A stretch of DNA of 64,000 nucleotides from NCBI GenBank assembly GCA_963662625.1, contig OY759726.1, positions 96,001 through 160,000 of the forward strand. The letters are read 5' to 3'. The DNA is from Nitrosopumilus sp. (GTDB taxonomy: Archaea; Thermoproteota; Nitrososphaeria; Nitrososphaerales; Nitrosopumilaceae). Positions 9,666 to 21,536 of this stretch are shown one piece after another; the first letter of the stretch is position 1, and each line of letters opens with the position of its first letter. The translations under genes and the position numbers were made by a program. Under the pieces are notes generated by a model. That model was not told the origin of the DNA and made no database searches. It saw only the letters and a program-made list of their open reading frames with translations.

Positions 9666-11018
9666 TCAGATCGGCTCCGCCGGGACGCCCTCGAACCTTA
9701 CCGCGGGCGCGATCGACGGCGACGACGCCCACTGCATGACGTTCCGCGCCTCCCTCCCCACGCCGGAGACGCCCCGCAGCATGGCCGGCAGGCTGTGGAT
9801 TATCCTGACCGGCTTTCCGGGGCCCGTGATCTCGCCGTTCTCTATTATCCTCGTCCCGCTCCTCGCGGTGCACGAAAAGTCCCCCCTGATCGGGTTGAGC
9901 GCGTACGTGTACCAGAGCCTCCCCACCAGCAGCCCGCGCCTAGTCTCCCCGACCAGCTCCCCCACGGACTGGTCACCCGCCTCGATGCGCAGGTTGTGCG
10001 GGGCCGACACCGGGACGGGATCCGCGCTCCTCCCCATGGGCAGGCCCGGCCTCGCGGCGTTTCCCGTGGAGCCCTTCCCGTCCCTGAACCCGTCGTAGAG
10101 GTTCGAGAAGACGTTCCGGAGGACCCCGCCGCCGATCAGCGTGTTCCTCCCGGTCCCCACGCCCTCGTCGTCAAACGGCTTCGTGCCGATCCCCTGGGGG
10201 GCGTGCGGATCGTCGACCAGGCTGAGGCGCGCGTCGGCCACCTGCCTCCCAAGCATTCCCGCGAAGCAGCTCCTCCCCTCCGAGAACGCCTTCAGGCCGA
10301 AGTTGGGGGCCGCGACGAACGCCAGGAGCTCCCCGACCGAGTACGGCTCGAGGATCAGCGTGTACCTGCCCCCCTCGCACCGCGCCGGGTTGGCCGAGCC
10401 GGCGCACATGTCCCCGGAGTCGAGGCCTACCGTTTCCGCGGAGAAGGCGTCCAGCGTCCTGCAGCACTGGTGCCCCATCCCCGAGGCGTGCTCCTCCCCG
10501 GACTCCGCGTCGACCATCGCCGAGATGTACGTGGCCCTGTCAGATCCGCGCAGGCCGTTCGAGTTGCAGATTTCAAACTTCTCCGAGACGACGTTGAGCG
10601 AGCCCGACACCGAGCCTGCCCCCCCGCCCAGCGCCGAGTTGATCATCTCCTGCGCGATGTCGGCCGCGCCGGCGCCGCTGATGCGTTCCAGCCTCCTGTC
10701 GAACGTCCCCTCCAGCGGGCCGGCCCCGCCGATCTCCTGCGGCAGCCGCTGCCAGAACCCCCTCTCCCTGGATCCCGGCGCGCGCAGCAGGCCCTCGACG
10801 GCACCCTCGAGATCCCCCTCGTCGCAGGTCCGGTACGAGGAGATCCTCTTCCGGTGGATCACCCTCGCCCCGAAGCACTCCTCCCCGGACTGCTTGAGCT
10901 CCGCGATCTCCGAGCCCGTGATCCTGACGGTGGTCGTCCTCCTTTCCACCGCCGAGACCTCGCACTCGTCTATGCCCAGCCTCCGGGCGCGGTTGAGCAC
11001 CCCGTCGAACTCCGGCAA
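9666..11018 (-). CDS. TldD/PmbA family protein
   Basis: PFDDEG, STGNA and GDFS motifs. Confidence 0.9.
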   Translation of the reverse strand: MPEFDGVLNRARRLGIDECEVSAVERRTTTVRITGSEIAELKQSGEECFGARVIHRKRISSYRTCDEGDLEGAVEGLLRAPGSRERGFWQRLPQEIGGAGPLEGTFDRRLERISGAGAADIAQEMINSALGGGAGSVSGSLNVVSEKFEICNSNGLRGSDRATYISAMVDAESGEEHASGMGHQCCRTLDAFSAETVGLDSGDMCAGSANPARCEGGRYTLILEPYSVGELLAFVAAPNFGLKAFSEGRSCFAGMLGRQVADARLSLVDDPHAPQGIGTKPFDDEGVGTGRNTLIGGGVLRNVFSNLYDGFRDGKGSTGNAARPGLPMGRSADPVPVSAPHNLRIEAGDQSVGELVGETRRGLLVGRLWYTYALNPIRGDFSCTARSGTRIIENGEITGPGKPVRIIHSLPAMLRGVSGVGREARNVMQWASSPSIAPAVRFEGVPAEPI

Positions 11019-12272
11019 TCACTGCCGCCTTGGGTTCTTGTAGCTGAACTTGCCCGTCCTCACCAGTTCCACGTACGAGCCGAACCTGCCCGCGTCGGCC
11101 ACCCTGTCCAGATCCTCGTCTTCGGGCGGGCCCTCGAACCTGCGCAGTATCTCGTAGTTCGTGTTCCTTTCTGCCGGCACCCTGCCGATCTCCCTCGCGA
11201 GCCTCTTGATCTCCCCCGGCCTGATCAGCTGCCCGTGGCCCGCTCCCGCGGACGTCGAGATGCTCTCGTTGATCAGCGTGCCCCCGAAGTCGTTGGCCCC
11301 CCACATCAGCAGCAGCTGCGACATCTTCGGGCCCTCCTTGACCCACGACATCTGGATGTTGTCTATGTGGCCGTTGAGCATGATCCTCGCCACCGCGTGC
11401 GTCAGCAGCACGTCGTTTCCGCTCCCGCCCTGCCTTATCCCCTCGTGGAGCCGGTGCTTGTACATGGGCGCCTCGGTGTGCACGAAGTTGAGCGGGACGA
11501 ACTCCGTGAACCCGCCCGTCTCCCTCTGGATGTCCCGGATCTTCGCGATGTGGTTGGCCCTGTCCTCCGGCGACTCGACGTGGCCGAACATCATGGTCGA
11601 CGTGGTGCGCATCCCCAGCCCGTGCGCGGTCTTTATGATCTCCACCCAGTCCTTCACGGATATCCGGCCCGGCGAGATCGCGTCCCTTATCCCCTGGTCG
11701 AGTATCTCGGCGGCGGTGCCGGGGAGCGTGTCCACGCCGGCGTCCTTGAGGCGCCCGAGGTACTCCGGGATCGAGGCCCCCGACATCCTCGCCCCGTACA
11801 GCACCTCCTCCGGGGAGAACCCGTGTATGTGGATGTCCGGCACCTCCGCCTTTATCGCCCGGCAGATCCCCTCGTACAGCCCCCCGTCCATGTCCGGGGG
11901 CAGGCCGGCCTGGATGCACACCTCGGTGGCGCCGAGCAGGCGGGCCTCCTTTGCGCGCCTTACTATCTCCCCGGTAGGCAGGAAGTAGCCCTCCCCCTCC
12001 CTGAAGTCCCTGCTGAAGGCGCAAAAGCCGCACTGCTTTACGCACACGTTGGTAAAGTTGATGTTCCGGTTCACGACGTAGGTCACCGTGTCCCCCGCCC
12101 TGCTCCTCCTGATCTCGTCGGCGGCCATCCCCACCATGTGGAAGTCGATCCCCCTCGCGCCGTAGAGCTCCGCCCCCTCCTTGGCGGAGACCTCCCTGCC
12201 GGACAGCGCCCGCGACAGGATGCCGGCGACGACCGGGTCCCCGTCCCTCAGCAGCCTTTCCACCCCGGTCAC
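11019..12272 (-). CDS. cofH: FO synthase subunit CofH (radical SAM)
   Basis: NRNINFTNVCVKQCGFCAF, PGTAAEIL, IQMSWVKEG; adjacent to cofG; start approximate. Confidence 0.92.
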   Translation of the reverse strand: MTGVERLLRDGDPVVAGILSRALSGREVSAKEGAELYGARGIDFHMVGMAADEIRRSRAGDTVTYVVNRNINFTNVCVKQCGFCAFSRDFREGEGYFLPTGEIVRRAKEARLLGATEVCIQAGLPPDMDGGLYEGICRAIKAEVPDIHIHGFSPEEVLYGARMSGASIPEYLGRLKDAGVDTLPGTAAEILDQGIRDAISPGRISVKDWVEIIKTAHGLGMRTTSTMMFGHVESPEDRANHIAKIRDIQRETGGFTEFVPLNFVHTEAPMYKHRLHEGIRQGGSGNDVLLTHAVARIMLNGHIDNIQMSWVKEGPKMSQLLLMWGANDFGGTLINESISTSAGAGHGQLIRPGEIKRLAREIGRVPAERNTNYEILRRFEGPPEDEDLDRVADAGRFGSYVELVRTGKFSYKNPRRQ

Positions 12273-13435
12273 CTCCAGTACCCCTCCATCACCAGCCCCC
12301 CGTCCTCGATCATGGCCATCTTGTCCCTTAGCTCTTTGCTCACCATCGGGAAGAATTCCGGGTACACGGGGAACCTGCATTTCAGCTCAAAGCCCTCCGC
12401 CCCGGTGAGCTCCCCCACCCTGCCTATGGCGGGCCACGAGAACTCGGGGTTCACGTGGTCGGCGGTCAGCGGCGATATCCCCCCCCAGTCGTTGATTCCC
12501 GCGGGCAGGAAGCTCTGGTACGAGCCGGGCGACAGGTTGGGCGGGACCTGTATGTTGGCCTCCGGCATCATTACGCGCGTGAGCGCCACCACCGCCCTGA
12601 AGTAGTCCCCGCCTGCCGGCGGGGCCCCGGCCATCGGCGTGCCCGGCTTTGGCCGGAAGTTCTGCAGGATCACCTCCTGTATGTTGCCGTGTTCCCGGTG
12701 CACGTCCCTGATCGCGGCGATCGAGTCCACGGCCTCCTCCGGCGTCTCCCCCATCCCCACGAGGAGCCCCGTGGTCACGGGGATCCCGAGGCTCCCGGCG
12801 TCCCTCAGCACCCCCAGCCGGGCCTCCGGCCTCTTGCTCGCGGCCAGGTGGTGCGGCATGCCCTCCCCGCAGAGCCTCTCGCTGGCGCTTTCCAGCATCA
12901 GCCCCACCGAGACGTTCGTCTTTTGAAGCTCCGCCAGGTCCTTCTTCTTCAGGTTCCCCGCGTTGGTGTGGGGGAACAGCCCCGCGTCCAGCGCCATCTC
13001 GGACGCGTGCGCCAGGTACTCCGCGGTGGATCCAAACCCGTCGGCGGCCAGCCACTCCCTCGCCTCGGCGTACCTGGCCTCGGGCTCCTCGCCCGTGACG
13101 AACAGCGCCTCCACGCACCGGTGCGCCCTGGCGAGCTCCAGCAGCCGCCGGGTGTCCCGCAGCGACATGGCCGAGAGCTTCGCCTCCCCGGGCTCCGCCT
13201 TGTACGTGCAATAGGAGCACGCGTCCCTGCACATGTTCACGACGTTGCAGAACACCTTCTTCGAGAACGTGACGCGCCTCCCCTTGGACCGGTCCCGCAG
13301 GCCCCGCGCCGCCGCGAAGAGCTCGCCGGGATCGCGCCTCGCGTCCTCGTATATCTGCACCGCCTCGCCGCGCGAGACGGCCTTGCCGTCCAGAACGTTG
13401 TTTAAACTCTCGGAGTTTAACACGAGCCTGCTCAA
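12269..13435 (-). CDS. cofG: FO synthase subunit CofG (radical SAM)
   Basis: CRDACSYC, PHTNAG, IQVPPNL and NDWGGISP motifs. Confidence 0.93.
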   Translation of the reverse strand: MSRLVLNSESLNNVLDGKAVSRGEAVQIYEDARRDPGELFAAARGLRDRSKGRRVTFSKKVFCNVVNMCRDACSYCTYKAEPGEAKLSAMSLRDTRRLLELARAHRCVEALFVTGEEPEARYAEAREWLAADGFGSTAEYLAHASEMALDAGLFPHTNAGNLKKKDLAELQKTNVSVGLMLESASERLCGEGMPHHLAASKRPEARLGVLRDAGSLGIPVTTGLLVGMGETPEEAVDSIAAIRDVHREHGNIQEVILQNFRPKPGTPMAGAPPAGGDYFRAVVALTRVMMPEANIQVPPNLSPGSYQSFLPAGINDWGGISPLTADHVNPEFSWPAIGRVGELTGAEGFELKCRFPVYPEFFPMVSKELRDKMAMIEDGGLVMEGYWR

Positions 13436-13523
13436 TAGGGTTGATGCCTGTCTAGGAGTATTTATGCTTGTGCCGGCCGGATCCCCGCCCGCGGTTCCGC
13501 GGGCCGGCCCCGGCGTGCCGCGC

Positions 13524-16500
13524 CTACCGTGCCGGCACCAGGCCCACCAGCATCTGCACCGTCGAGCCGGGCTCCGGCGCGGACACGGTGAGCGCGCCTG
13601 CCACCCCGGACGCCGGGTCGACCGGCGAGGTCACCCCGGAGTAGCCCTCCGGGACCACCACCTGCGCCAGGAAGTCGGCCGGGGCTATGTCCGACTTTGT
13701 GGCCGTGCCGTCGTTCCCGGTGGCCACCGAGTCCAGCTCGTTGGTGGTGTACGTGTACACGGTCACCGTCACGCCGGGGATGGCCGGCTCGCCCTCGTCA
13801 AGCGCGCCGTTGGAGTTGGAGTCGGCGTACGCCGTGACCTCGAGCGTCACGGCCTCCGACGGTTGTACGGGACGGAACCCGACGTCGAACGTCGCCGGCG
13901 CGTCGGCCGCGGTCTGGATGTACGCGAACTGGCTCCCGGTGGTTATGGTGTGGTCGAATGGGAAGTAGGTGGCCTGCACCAGCGTCGTCGCGGACGGGGT
14001 CAGGCCGTCAAAGTAGTACGTGCCGTCCGAGCAGGTGACGGCCTCCAGGACGCCCGAGTCGGAGGGGGGCGCGTCCTGGTTGTAGACGCCGCTGCCGAAC
14101 ACGTAGCCGTCGTGCAGCATCAGGAGGGACTTCTTGGGCTCCACCATGCCGGTCGCCGGGTTGGCAAAGTCGTAGCTCGCGGTGGCCCTGCCGTCGCGCG
14201 CCAGGTCGCGGAGGATGTCCGGCCATTCTGGAAGCATGGTGATCACCGAGACCGCGCCGACGCGTGCCGGGTTGGCGCCGTGCGACACTATTATGCGGGA
14301 GTCGGGGTCGATCACGAACGGGTAGGTGGGCTGCGTGCTCTGCATGGAGTTGATCGACGCGAATGCCTCCGCTGTCCCGAGCCGGTCGTACGTGGCGATG
14401 GCGTTCTGGATGACCACCTGCGGGCTCGCCAGGTCCACGGCGTACATGGAGTACCCTGGTATGCCGGCCTCGCCGGGATCCCGGACCCCGTCGCCGTCGG
14501 AGTCGGTGAAGACCGTCCCCGTCACCAGGGCGGTGTTGCCGCCGGCGTCGTTGCCGACGGTCACCGTCAGGTCCACGGAGTTGGGTGACGCGAAGCCGCC
14601 CACCGACGTTACGGTGATGTCGTAGGAGGGCTTGGAGTACTCGGAGGAGACCGACCGCAGGTAGCTCCCGCAGACCTCGAAGAGGTCGCCGTCGCCGCCT
14701 GGCGCCACGCCGTACGTCGGGGCCTGGGCCGCCAGGAAGGCGTTCTGGGCCATGACGGCGGCCACCAGGGTGTCGCCGGCGTTGACCGCCGTGTCTGCCG
14801 GGACGGCGTACCACGGGCCCAGGTCTTGGCCGAACGACGCGGCAAAGTGGAACATGCGGGTCATGTCGGCCGCGCCCGAGACGTCCCAGGAGCCGACGGG
14901 CTGGTTGAACGACGCGGCGTCGAGGAACATGTAGGACATGTCCCTCACGGACGAGACGTCCCAGGAGCCGATGGGTTGGTTGAACGACGCGGCGTGGGCG
15001 AACATGTTGTTCATGTCGGTGACGCTGGAGACGTCCCAGGAGCCGACGGGCTGGTCAAAGTAGGCGGTGTGGGCGAACATGGAGGAGGTGTCGGTGACGC
15101 TGGAGGTGTCCCAGCCGGAGACGTCGCCGTTGAAGGCCGTGGCGTGGGCGAACATGTCCGGCGCGTAGGCGACTGCCGAGGTGTCCCAAGAGCCCAGGTC
15201 CTGGTCGAAGAGCCTGGCGTCGAGGAACATCGACGTCATGTCGGTGACGTTGGAGGTGTCCCAGGAGCCTATTGGCTGGTTGAACGACGTGGCGTGGGCG
15301 AACAGGTAGGACATGTCGGTGACGTTGGAGGTGTCCCAGGAGCCTATTGGCTGGTTGAAGCGGGGGGCCACGGAGAACGTGGAGAACATGCTGGTCACGC
15401 TGGAGGTGTCCCAGTTCGAGACGTCGCCGTTGAAGGAGGCGGCGTGGGCGAACATCGCGGACATGTCGGTGACGTTGGAGGTGTCCCAGGCGGAGACGTC
15501 GCCGTTGAAGGCCGTGGCGAATATGAACATGTAGGACATGTCGGTGACGTTGGAGGTGTCCCAGGAGTCCAGCGGCTGGTTGAAGGAGACGGCCGCGTTG
15601 AACAGGCGGAACATGTCGGTGACGTTGGAGGTGTCCCAGGAGTTGAGGGGCTGGTCGAATGACCTGGCCTCGGCGAACATGCGCGTCATGGCGGTGACGC
15701 TGGAGGTGTCCCAGGAGTCTATTGGCTGGTTGAACGACGTGGCGTGGGCGAACATGCGCGTCATGTCGGTGACATTCGAGACGTCCCAGGAGCCGATGGG
15801 CTGGTTGAAGGCGGCAGCGCCGGAGAGCATGAGGGCCATGTCGGTCACGCCGGAGGTGTCCCAGGAGCCGATGGGCTGGTTGAAGATGTCGGCGTAGGTG
15901 AACATGTAGGACATGTCGGTGATGCCCGAGGTGTCCCAGCCGGAGACGTCGCCGTTGAAGGAGGCGGCGCGGAAGAACATGAACGAGAGGTTGGTGACGC
16001 CGGAGAGGTCAGGCATGTCGGTGGCGCTGTACGTCATGCGGGTCGCGCCATGGAACGCCGACTCCATCGTGGACCACTGGGCGGCGCCCCACTGGTCTAT
16101 GGAGCGGATCTTGGTGGCGTTGAATGGGTCGCCTCCCAGGTAGATCCTGGTAAAGTCGCCAGATATCCTGACCTGGTACGTGCCGGGGGCGTCGTACGCG
16201 TGCGCGGCGTCGCCCGTCTCCATGGTGGAGGCGCCGTCGCCCCAGTCGACCGTGTAGGTGCCCGTGGCGCCGCCGACGGGGATCCTGACGGACTCGCCGG
16301 GGCGCTTCGTCTCCCAGGTGGTGACGAAGTCGGCCTGGGAGGTGGTGGCGTACATCACGTATACCGAGGACGAGATCGGGGCACCCACCGCCAGGTCGGT
16401 GTAGCCGTCGCCGTCGAGGTCACCGAGGCTGGTGACTGACGCGCCAAAGTAGGCGTTTTCCGCCAGCGCCGGGCCGTTGGGGGTGTCCCCGTTGACCTCG

Positions 16501-19500
16501 ACGGTGCGCTGCGCTGTGCCGTCGGGGTTGAGGAAGATGACGTAGGTGGTGCCGGTGACGCCGCTCGCCACGGATCCGGTAGCGCCGACGGCGATGTCGA
16601 CCGTGCCGTCTCCGTTGATGTCGCCGATGCCGGAGACGGACTTGCCGAACCGGTCCTCGTTATCCAGGGACGGGCCGTTGGGGGTCTGGGATCCTATCTT
16701 GGCGGCCAGCTTGACGGTGCCGTTGGGGTTCAGGAAGACGATGTGGACATCGCCGGGCGGGATACGCTCCCCTGCTATGGGCCCGATCGCGCCGACGGCG
16801 ATGTCCGTCACGCCGTCGCCGTCGAGGTCGCCGATGTTCGCCGTCGACGTGCCAAAGCCTGCGTTCCTCGCGAGCGCCGGGCCGTTGGGGACGGTTCCGT
16901 TGACCTCGGCGGTGCGCTTGACGGTGCCGTCGGCGTTCAGGAACATCACGTACACGTCACCGGTGGCGGCGCCCCTCAGCAGGTGCCCGGTCGCGCCGAC
17001 GGCGAGATCCGCCACGCCGTCGCCGTCGAGGTCGCCGAGGCCGGCTACCGACTGGCCGAAGCGGTCACCGGTGGAGATGGCCGGGCCGTTGGGGACGGTC
17101 CCGTTGATTTCGGTGGTGCGCTTGACGGTGCCGTCGGCGTTCAGGAACATCACGTGGACGACGCCGCCGGTGGCGGGGCTCATCAGGGATCCCGGCGCGC
17201 CGACGGCGAGATCCGCGGTGCCGTCGCCGTCGAGGTCGCCGAGGCCCGTGACAGACGTGCCGAAGCGGTCGGCGCGCTGCAGTTGGGGCCCGTTGGCCGT
17301 GTCGCCGTTGATCACGGCGGTGCGCTTGACGGTGCCGTCGGAATTCATGAACAGGAGGTAGGCTTCGCCCGTGTAGACGTTCTCGCGTCCCTGTCCGGGG
17401 ATCCCGACTGCGACGTCGGTCGTGCCGTCGCCGTCGAGGTCGCCTATGTTGGCGAGCGACCACCCAAAGTAGTGGTTTACGTACGGCGGGGACGCGGTGT
17501 CCCTGCCCGCGATCTCGGCGGTGCGCTTGACGGTGCCGTCGGGGGCGGGGAAGATGACGTGCACGGTGTCGTCCCCGTACGTGCCGACGGCGATCTCCGC
17601 CACGCCGTCGCCGTCGAGGTCGCCGATGGCCGTGATTGACGAGCCGAAGCGGTGACCCGCGGCCAGGTAGGGCCCGTTGGCCGTGTCGCCGCCGATCCCG
17701 GCGGTGCGCTTTACGGTGCCGTCGGGGTTAAGGAGCATGACGTGTATGCTGCCCCGGACGGCCGAGCCAAAGTTCCCGGGCGCGCCCGCCGCAAGGTCCG
17801 CCACGCCGTCGCCGTCGAGGTCGCCGATGTTCGCGGCGGACTGCCCGAACCTGTCGTTGGCTGCCAGGGACGGGCCGTTGGGCGTCTGGCCGTTGACCCC
17901 GGCGGTGCGCTTGACCGTGCCGTCGGGGTTCAGGAAGATGACGTACAGGTCTCCCGTGGTGGCGCCGTCGATGTTATGCCCCGGCGCGCCGACCGCTATG
18001 TCCACGGTGCCGTCGGAGTCGAGGTCGCCGATGCCGGTGACGGACCTGCCGAACTGGTCGCCGTCGTCCAGGGACGGGCCGTTGGGCGTCTGGCCGTTGA
18101 TCTGGGCGGTGCGCTTGACGGCGCCGTCTGGGTTCAGGAATATCATGTGGATGTCTCCCGTGGAGTCGCCCCTGATCACGTGCCCCGGCGCGCCGACCGC
18201 TATGTCAGTGACGCCGTCGCCGTCAAGGTCGCCGATGGCGGAGACAGACTTGCCGAACTGGTCGCCGTCATCCAGGGACGGGCCGTTGGGGACGGCCCCG
18301 TTGACCCCGGCGGTGCGCTTGACCGTGCCGTCGGGGTTCAGGAACAGCACGTAGAGATCGCCCGTGGCGATGCCGTTGACGTTGTGTCCCGGAGCGCCGA
18401 CGGCGATCTCGACGGTGCCGTCGCCGTCGAGGTCGCCCAGGCTCGCGACCGACTGGCCGAAATGGGCGTTGTTCTCCAGCGTCGGGCCGTTTGGCGTCCC
18501 GCCGTCGATCGTGGAGACGTCCCTTACGGTGCCGTCGGCGTTGAGGAGCAGTATGTGCATTGCTCCCTGGCAATTGCAGCCGGTGGTTCCGGGCGCGCCG
18601 ACGGCTATGTCCGCGTTGCCGTCGCCGTCGAGGTCGCCGAGGCTTGCAGTCGAAAAGCCGAACGTGATATCAGGATTGGTCGCCATGGCTATGTCGCTGC
18701 CCTTGATCTGGTACGTCGACAGGAGCGACAGCGGATCCGCGGATCCCGCGCCGCCGTGTGCCGCGGACGTGTACGCGACGTACACGGATGCCGATGCCGG
18801 CGCCGCCACCGCGACCTCCACGTTGCCGTCGCCGTCGAGGTCGCCTATGCCGCTGACGGCGGCGCCGAAGCGGTCGCCCGCCGTCAGGGACGGGCCGTTT
18901 GGCGTCCCGGAGCCCATCTCGGACGTGCGCTTTACCGTCCCGTCGGGGTTCATGAGCAGCACGAACAGGGATTCCCTGCCGGGCTGCCCTATGACGGGGC
19001 CCGGCGCGCCGACGGCGACGTCGGTGACGCCGTCGGAGTCCAGGTCGCCTATGCCGCTGACGGCGGCGCCGAAGCGGTCGCCCGCGGCCAGGGACGGGCC
19101 GTTGGGGGCCGTCCCGTCGACCTGGGCGGCGCGCTTCACGGTGCCGTCCGGGTTCATGAACAGCACGTGCACGCCGCCCGTGCCGGTGCCGCGGGTGGCG
19201 TGCCCCGGCGCGCCGACTGCGACGTCGGGGACCCCGTCGGAGTCCAGGTCGCCGATCCCCGCGACCGACCACCCAAAGCGGGCGCCGGGCTCCAGCGCGG
19301 GGCCGTTCTGGGAGCCGGCGTTGACCGTCGCGGCGCGCTTCACGGTGCCGTCCGGGTTCATGAACAGCACGTGCACGTCGCCCGTGCCGGAGCCGCGGGT
19401 GGCGTGCCCCGGCGCGCCGACTGCGACGTCGGGGACCCCGTCGCCGTCGAGGTCGCCGATCCCCGACGCGGACTCGCCGAAGCGGGCGTCCGCGGCCAGG

Positions 19501-21263
19501 GACGGGGCGTTGGGCGTGCCGCCGTCGATCCTGGCCGTGTCCCTCACGGTGCCGTCGGGGTTCAGGAACATGACTGAAAGGTAGCCCGTGCCGGAGCCCC
19601 CCAGGACGTGCCCCGGGGATCCCGCGGCCATGTCGGCCGTGCCGTCGCCGTCGAGGTCGCCGATGCCCGCCACGGACGAGCCGAAGCGGTCGCCCGCGGC
19701 CAGGGACGGGCCGTTTGGCGTGCCGCCGTCGATCCTCGCCTGGTCCCTGACCGTCCCGTCGGGGTTCATGAACAGGACGTACGCCTCGCCCGTGTCCGAC
19801 CCCCCGACGTTGCGCCCGGGAGCGCCGACTGCGACGTCGGGGACCCCGTCTGAGTCCAGGTCGCCGATGCCGTCCACCGACCACCCAAAGTAATCGTTTT
19901 CCACCAGCGGGGGGACGACGTCCCTCCCCTGGATCTCGCCCGTGCGCTTTACCGGGCTCCCGGCATCCCCGCCCACGGACATCACGTGGATGGTGTCGTC
20001 GCCGTACGTCCCGGCCGCCAGTTCCACGTAGCCGTCGGAGTCCAGGTCCCCCAGGCTCGCCACGGACCACCCAAAGTGGTCGCCCGCGTCCAGGGACGGG
20101 CCGTTGGGGGTGTCGCCGCCGACGGCGGCCGCGCGCTTCACGGTGCCGTCGGGGTTCAGGAACAGGACGTGCACCTGGCCCGGGTACGCGGACCTGAGGA
20201 ACACGCCCGGCGCGCCGACGGCGACGTCGGCGGTGCCGTCGCCGTCGAGGTCGCCGAGGCCGGCCACGGACGCGCCGAAGTGGGCGCCTCCCGCCAGCGC
20301 GGGGGCGTTTGGCGCGCCGCCGACGGCGGCCGCGCGCTTCACGGTGCCGTCGGGGTTGACGGACACGAGGTACACGCCGCCCGTGTCGGCGGCGCCGGCG
20401 GCGTCCCCGGGGGCCCCCACCGCCACTTCCAGGGAGCCGTCGCCGTCCAGGTCGCCCAGGGCCGCCGCGGCCTCGCCGAAGTTGCCGCTTGCCGGGAGCG
20501 CGGGGACGTTGGGGGTCCCGTTGCCGATCTCCGCCGTGCGCTTCACCGTCCCGTCGGGCCTGAGGAACATTACGTACACGCTGCCGGCGCCGACGTCGTC
20601 CTGGTAGTGGCCCGGCGCTCCGGCGGCTATGTCGGTGACGCCGTCGCCGTCCAGGTCGCCGAGGCTCGTGACGGACTCGCCGAACTTGTCGTCGGCGGCC
20701 AGCGCGGGGCCGTTGGGGGTCTGGGAGCCTATCTCGGCGGTGCGCTTTACCGTGCCGTCCGAATTCATGAACAGTATGTGCAGGTCGCCCGCGCCGGCGC
20801 CGCCGCTCACGTGGCCCGCCGCGCCGACGGCGATGTCGGCCGTGCCGTCGCCGTCGAGGTCGCCGATGCCCGCCACGGACGAGCCGAAGCGGTCGCCCGC
20901 GGACAGGGACGGGCCGTTGGGGGTATCGCCGTTGACGGTGGCGGCTGCCCTTACGGTGAGATCCGGGTTCATGAACAGGACGTACGCCTCGCCCGTGCAC
21001 GTCCTGCAGGACGAGGCGCCCGGCGCGCCTACCGCGACGTCGGCGGTGCCGTCGCCGTCGAGGTCGCCGATGCCCGCCACGTTGGCCCCAAAGCTGCTGT
21101 CGGAGCTGAAGGCGCCCCCGCTGATGGCGACTCCGTCGATCTTCACCGTGGACGAGAGCGAGACGGGGTCGGCGTGGTCGGCGTATGCCGCGCCGGTGCC
21201 CGCCAGTGACGCCACCGCCAGGGCTACTGCTAAAAGAGACGGCCAGGAAGCTGGTTTTAGCAT
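13524..21263 (-). CDS. 2579-aa surface adhesin: FG-GAP/integrin-alpha repeats, BspA-like (DUF285) repeats, Cache-like and SdrD-B-like domains
   Basis: Signal peptide; >20 GDLDGDG..D.AVGAPG repeats; ~15 [17 protein letters not shown] repeats; G.VF.D.DGDG..D.GE.GIPG at the C-terminus. Confidence 0.92.
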   Translation of the reverse strand: MLKPASWPSLLAVALAVASLAGTGAAYADHADPVSLSSTVKIDGVAISGGAFSSDSSFGANVAGIGDLDGDGTADVAVGAPGASSCRTCTGEAYVLFMNPDLTVRAAATVNGDTPNGPSLSAGDRFGSSVAGIGDLDGDGTADIAVGAAGHVSGGAGAGDLHILFMNSDGTVKRTAEIGSQTPNGPALAADDKFGESVTSLGDLDGDGVTDIAAGAPGHYQDDVGAGSVYVMFLRPDGTVKRTAEIGNGTPNVPALPASGNFGEAAAALGDLDGDGSLEVAVGAPGDAAGAADTGGVYLVSVNPDGTVKRAAAVGGAPNAPALAGGAHFGASVAGLGDLDGDGTADVAVGAPGVFLRSAYPGQVHVLFLNPDGTVKRAAAVGGDTPNGPSLDAGDHFGWSVASLGDLDSDGYVELAAGTYGDDTIHVMSVGGDAGSPVKRTGEIQGRDVVPPLVENDYFGWSVDGIGDLDSDGVPDVAVGAPGRNVGGSDTGEAYVLFMNPDGTVRDQARIDGGTPNGPSLAAGDRFGSSVAGIGDLDGDGTADMAAGSPGHVLGGSGTGYLSVMFLNPDGTVRDTARIDGGTPNAPSLAADARFGESASGIGDLDGDGVPDVAVGAPGHATRGSGTGDVHVLFMNPDGTVKRAATVNAGSQNGPALEPGARFGWSVAGIGDLDSDGVPDVAVGAPGHATRGTGTGGVHVLFMNPDGTVKRAAQVDGTAPNGPSLAAGDRFGAAVSGIGDLDSDGVTDVAVGAPGPVIGQPGRESLFVLLMNPDGTVKRTSEMGSGTPNGPSLTAGDRFGAAVSGIGDLDGDGNVEVAVAAPASASVYVAYTSAAHGGAGSADPLSLLSTYQIKGSDIAMATNPDITFGFSTASLGDLDGDGNADIAVGAPGTTGCNCQGAMHILLLNADGTVRDVSTIDGGTPNGPTLENNAHFGQSVASLGDLDGDGTVEIAVGAPGHNVNGIATGDLYVLFLNPDGTVKRTAGVNGAVPNGPSLDDGDQFGKSVSAIGDLDGDGVTDIAVGAPGHVIRGDSTGDIHMIFLNPDGAVKRTAQINGQTPNGPSLDDGDQFGRSVTGIGDLDSDGTVDIAVGAPGHNIDGATTGDLYVIFLNPDGTVKRTAGVNGQTPNGPSLAANDRFGQSAANIGDLDGDGVADLAAGAPGNFGSAVRGSIHVMLLNPDGTVKRTAGIGGDTANGPYLAAGHRFGSSITAIGDLDGDGVAEIAVGTYGDDTVHVIFPAPDGTVKRTAEIAGRDTASPPYVNHYFGWSLANIGDLDGDGTTDVAVGIPGQGRENVYTGEAYLLFMNSDGTVKRTAVINGDTANGPQLQRADRFGTSVTGLGDLDGDGTADLAVGAPGSLMSPATGGVVHVMFLNADGTVKRTTEINGTVPNGPAISTGDRFGQSVAGLGDLDGDGVADLAVGATGHLLRGAATGDVYVMFLNADGTVKRTAEVNGTVPNGPALARNAGFGTSTANIGDLDGDGVTDIAVGAIGPIAGERIPPGDVHIVFLNPNGTVKLAAKIGSQTPNGPSLDNEDRFGKSVSGIGDINGDGTVDIAVGATGSVASGVTGTTYVIFLNPDGTAQRTVEVNGDTPNGPALAENAYFGASVTSLGDLDGDGYTDLAVGAPISSSVYVMYATTSQADFVTTWETKRPGESVRIPVGGATGTYTVDWGDGASTMETGDAAHAYDAPGTYQVRISGDFTRIYLGGDPFNATKIRSIDQWGAAQWSTMESAFHGATRMTYSATDMPDLSGVTNLSFMFFRAASFNGDVSGWDTSGITDMSYMFTYADIFNQPIGSWDTSGVTDMALMLSGAAAFNQPIGSWDVSNVTDMTRMFAHATSFNQPIDSWDTSSVTAMTRMFAEARSFDQPLNSWDTSNVTDMFRLFNAAVSFNQPLDSWDTSNVTDMSYMFIFATAFNGDVSAWDTSNVTDMSAMFAHAASFNGDVSNWDTSSVTSMFSTFSVAPRFNQPIGSWDTSNVTDMSYLFAHATSFNQPIGSWDTSNVTDMTSMFLDARLFDQDLGSWDTSAVAYAPDMFAHATAFNGDVSGWDTSSVTDTSSMFAHTAYFDQPVGSWDVSSVTDMNNMFAHAASFNQPIGSWDVSSVRDMSYMFLDAASFNQPVGSWDVSGAADMTRMFHFAASFGQDLGPWYAVPADTAVNAGDTLVAAVMAQNAFLAAQAPTYGVAPGGDGDLFEVCGSYLRSVSSEYSKPSYDITVTSVGGFASPNSVDLTVTVGNDAGGNTALVTGTVFTDSDGDGVRDPGEAGIPGYSMYAVDLASPQVVIQNAIATYDRLGTAEAFASINSMQSTQPTYPFVIDPDSRIIVSHGANPARVGAVSVITMLPEWPDILRDLARDGRATASYDFANPATGMVEPKKSLLMLHDGYVFGSGVYNQDAPPSDSGVLEAVTCSDGTYYFDGLTPSATTLVQATYFPFDHTITTGSQFAYIQTAADAPATFDVGFRPVQPSEAVTLEVTAYADSNSNGALDEGEPAIPGVTVTVYTYTTNELDSVATGNDGTATKSDIAPADFLAQVVVPEGYSGVTSPVDPASGVAGALTVSAPEPGSTVQMLVGLVPAR

Positions 21264-21536
21264 CGGGATCTCCTCTGCAAGGGTACGAGCAGGCTGGAAT
21301 ACCGCGCGGCGATCGGATCAACCCCCGCGCTGCCACATGGCCATAACATGTCTAAACTCAATGGCATTATGCCCAATCGGTTGTATATAAAACATGAAAG
21401 CCGGCGGTTGGGCGCGGGATCCGTGCGGCCCGCGCGCCATTCCCGCCTGCCCACGCGGCGCCGGGGACGGCACGCCAGTCCCCTGCCGGCTTGCGCGCTT
21501 TGGCGGGGGGCCGGACGCATTCCGGGCATGGCGGGG

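Noticed and set aside
8778-12605. 1275-aa plus-strand ORF and similar long Arg/Gly/Pro-rich ORFs
   Set aside because: Shadow frames of well-supported genes in high-GC DNA
14820-16030. Periodic ~75-bp DNA repeats as a non-coding array
   Set aside because: They encode the in-frame BspA-like repeats of the adhesin
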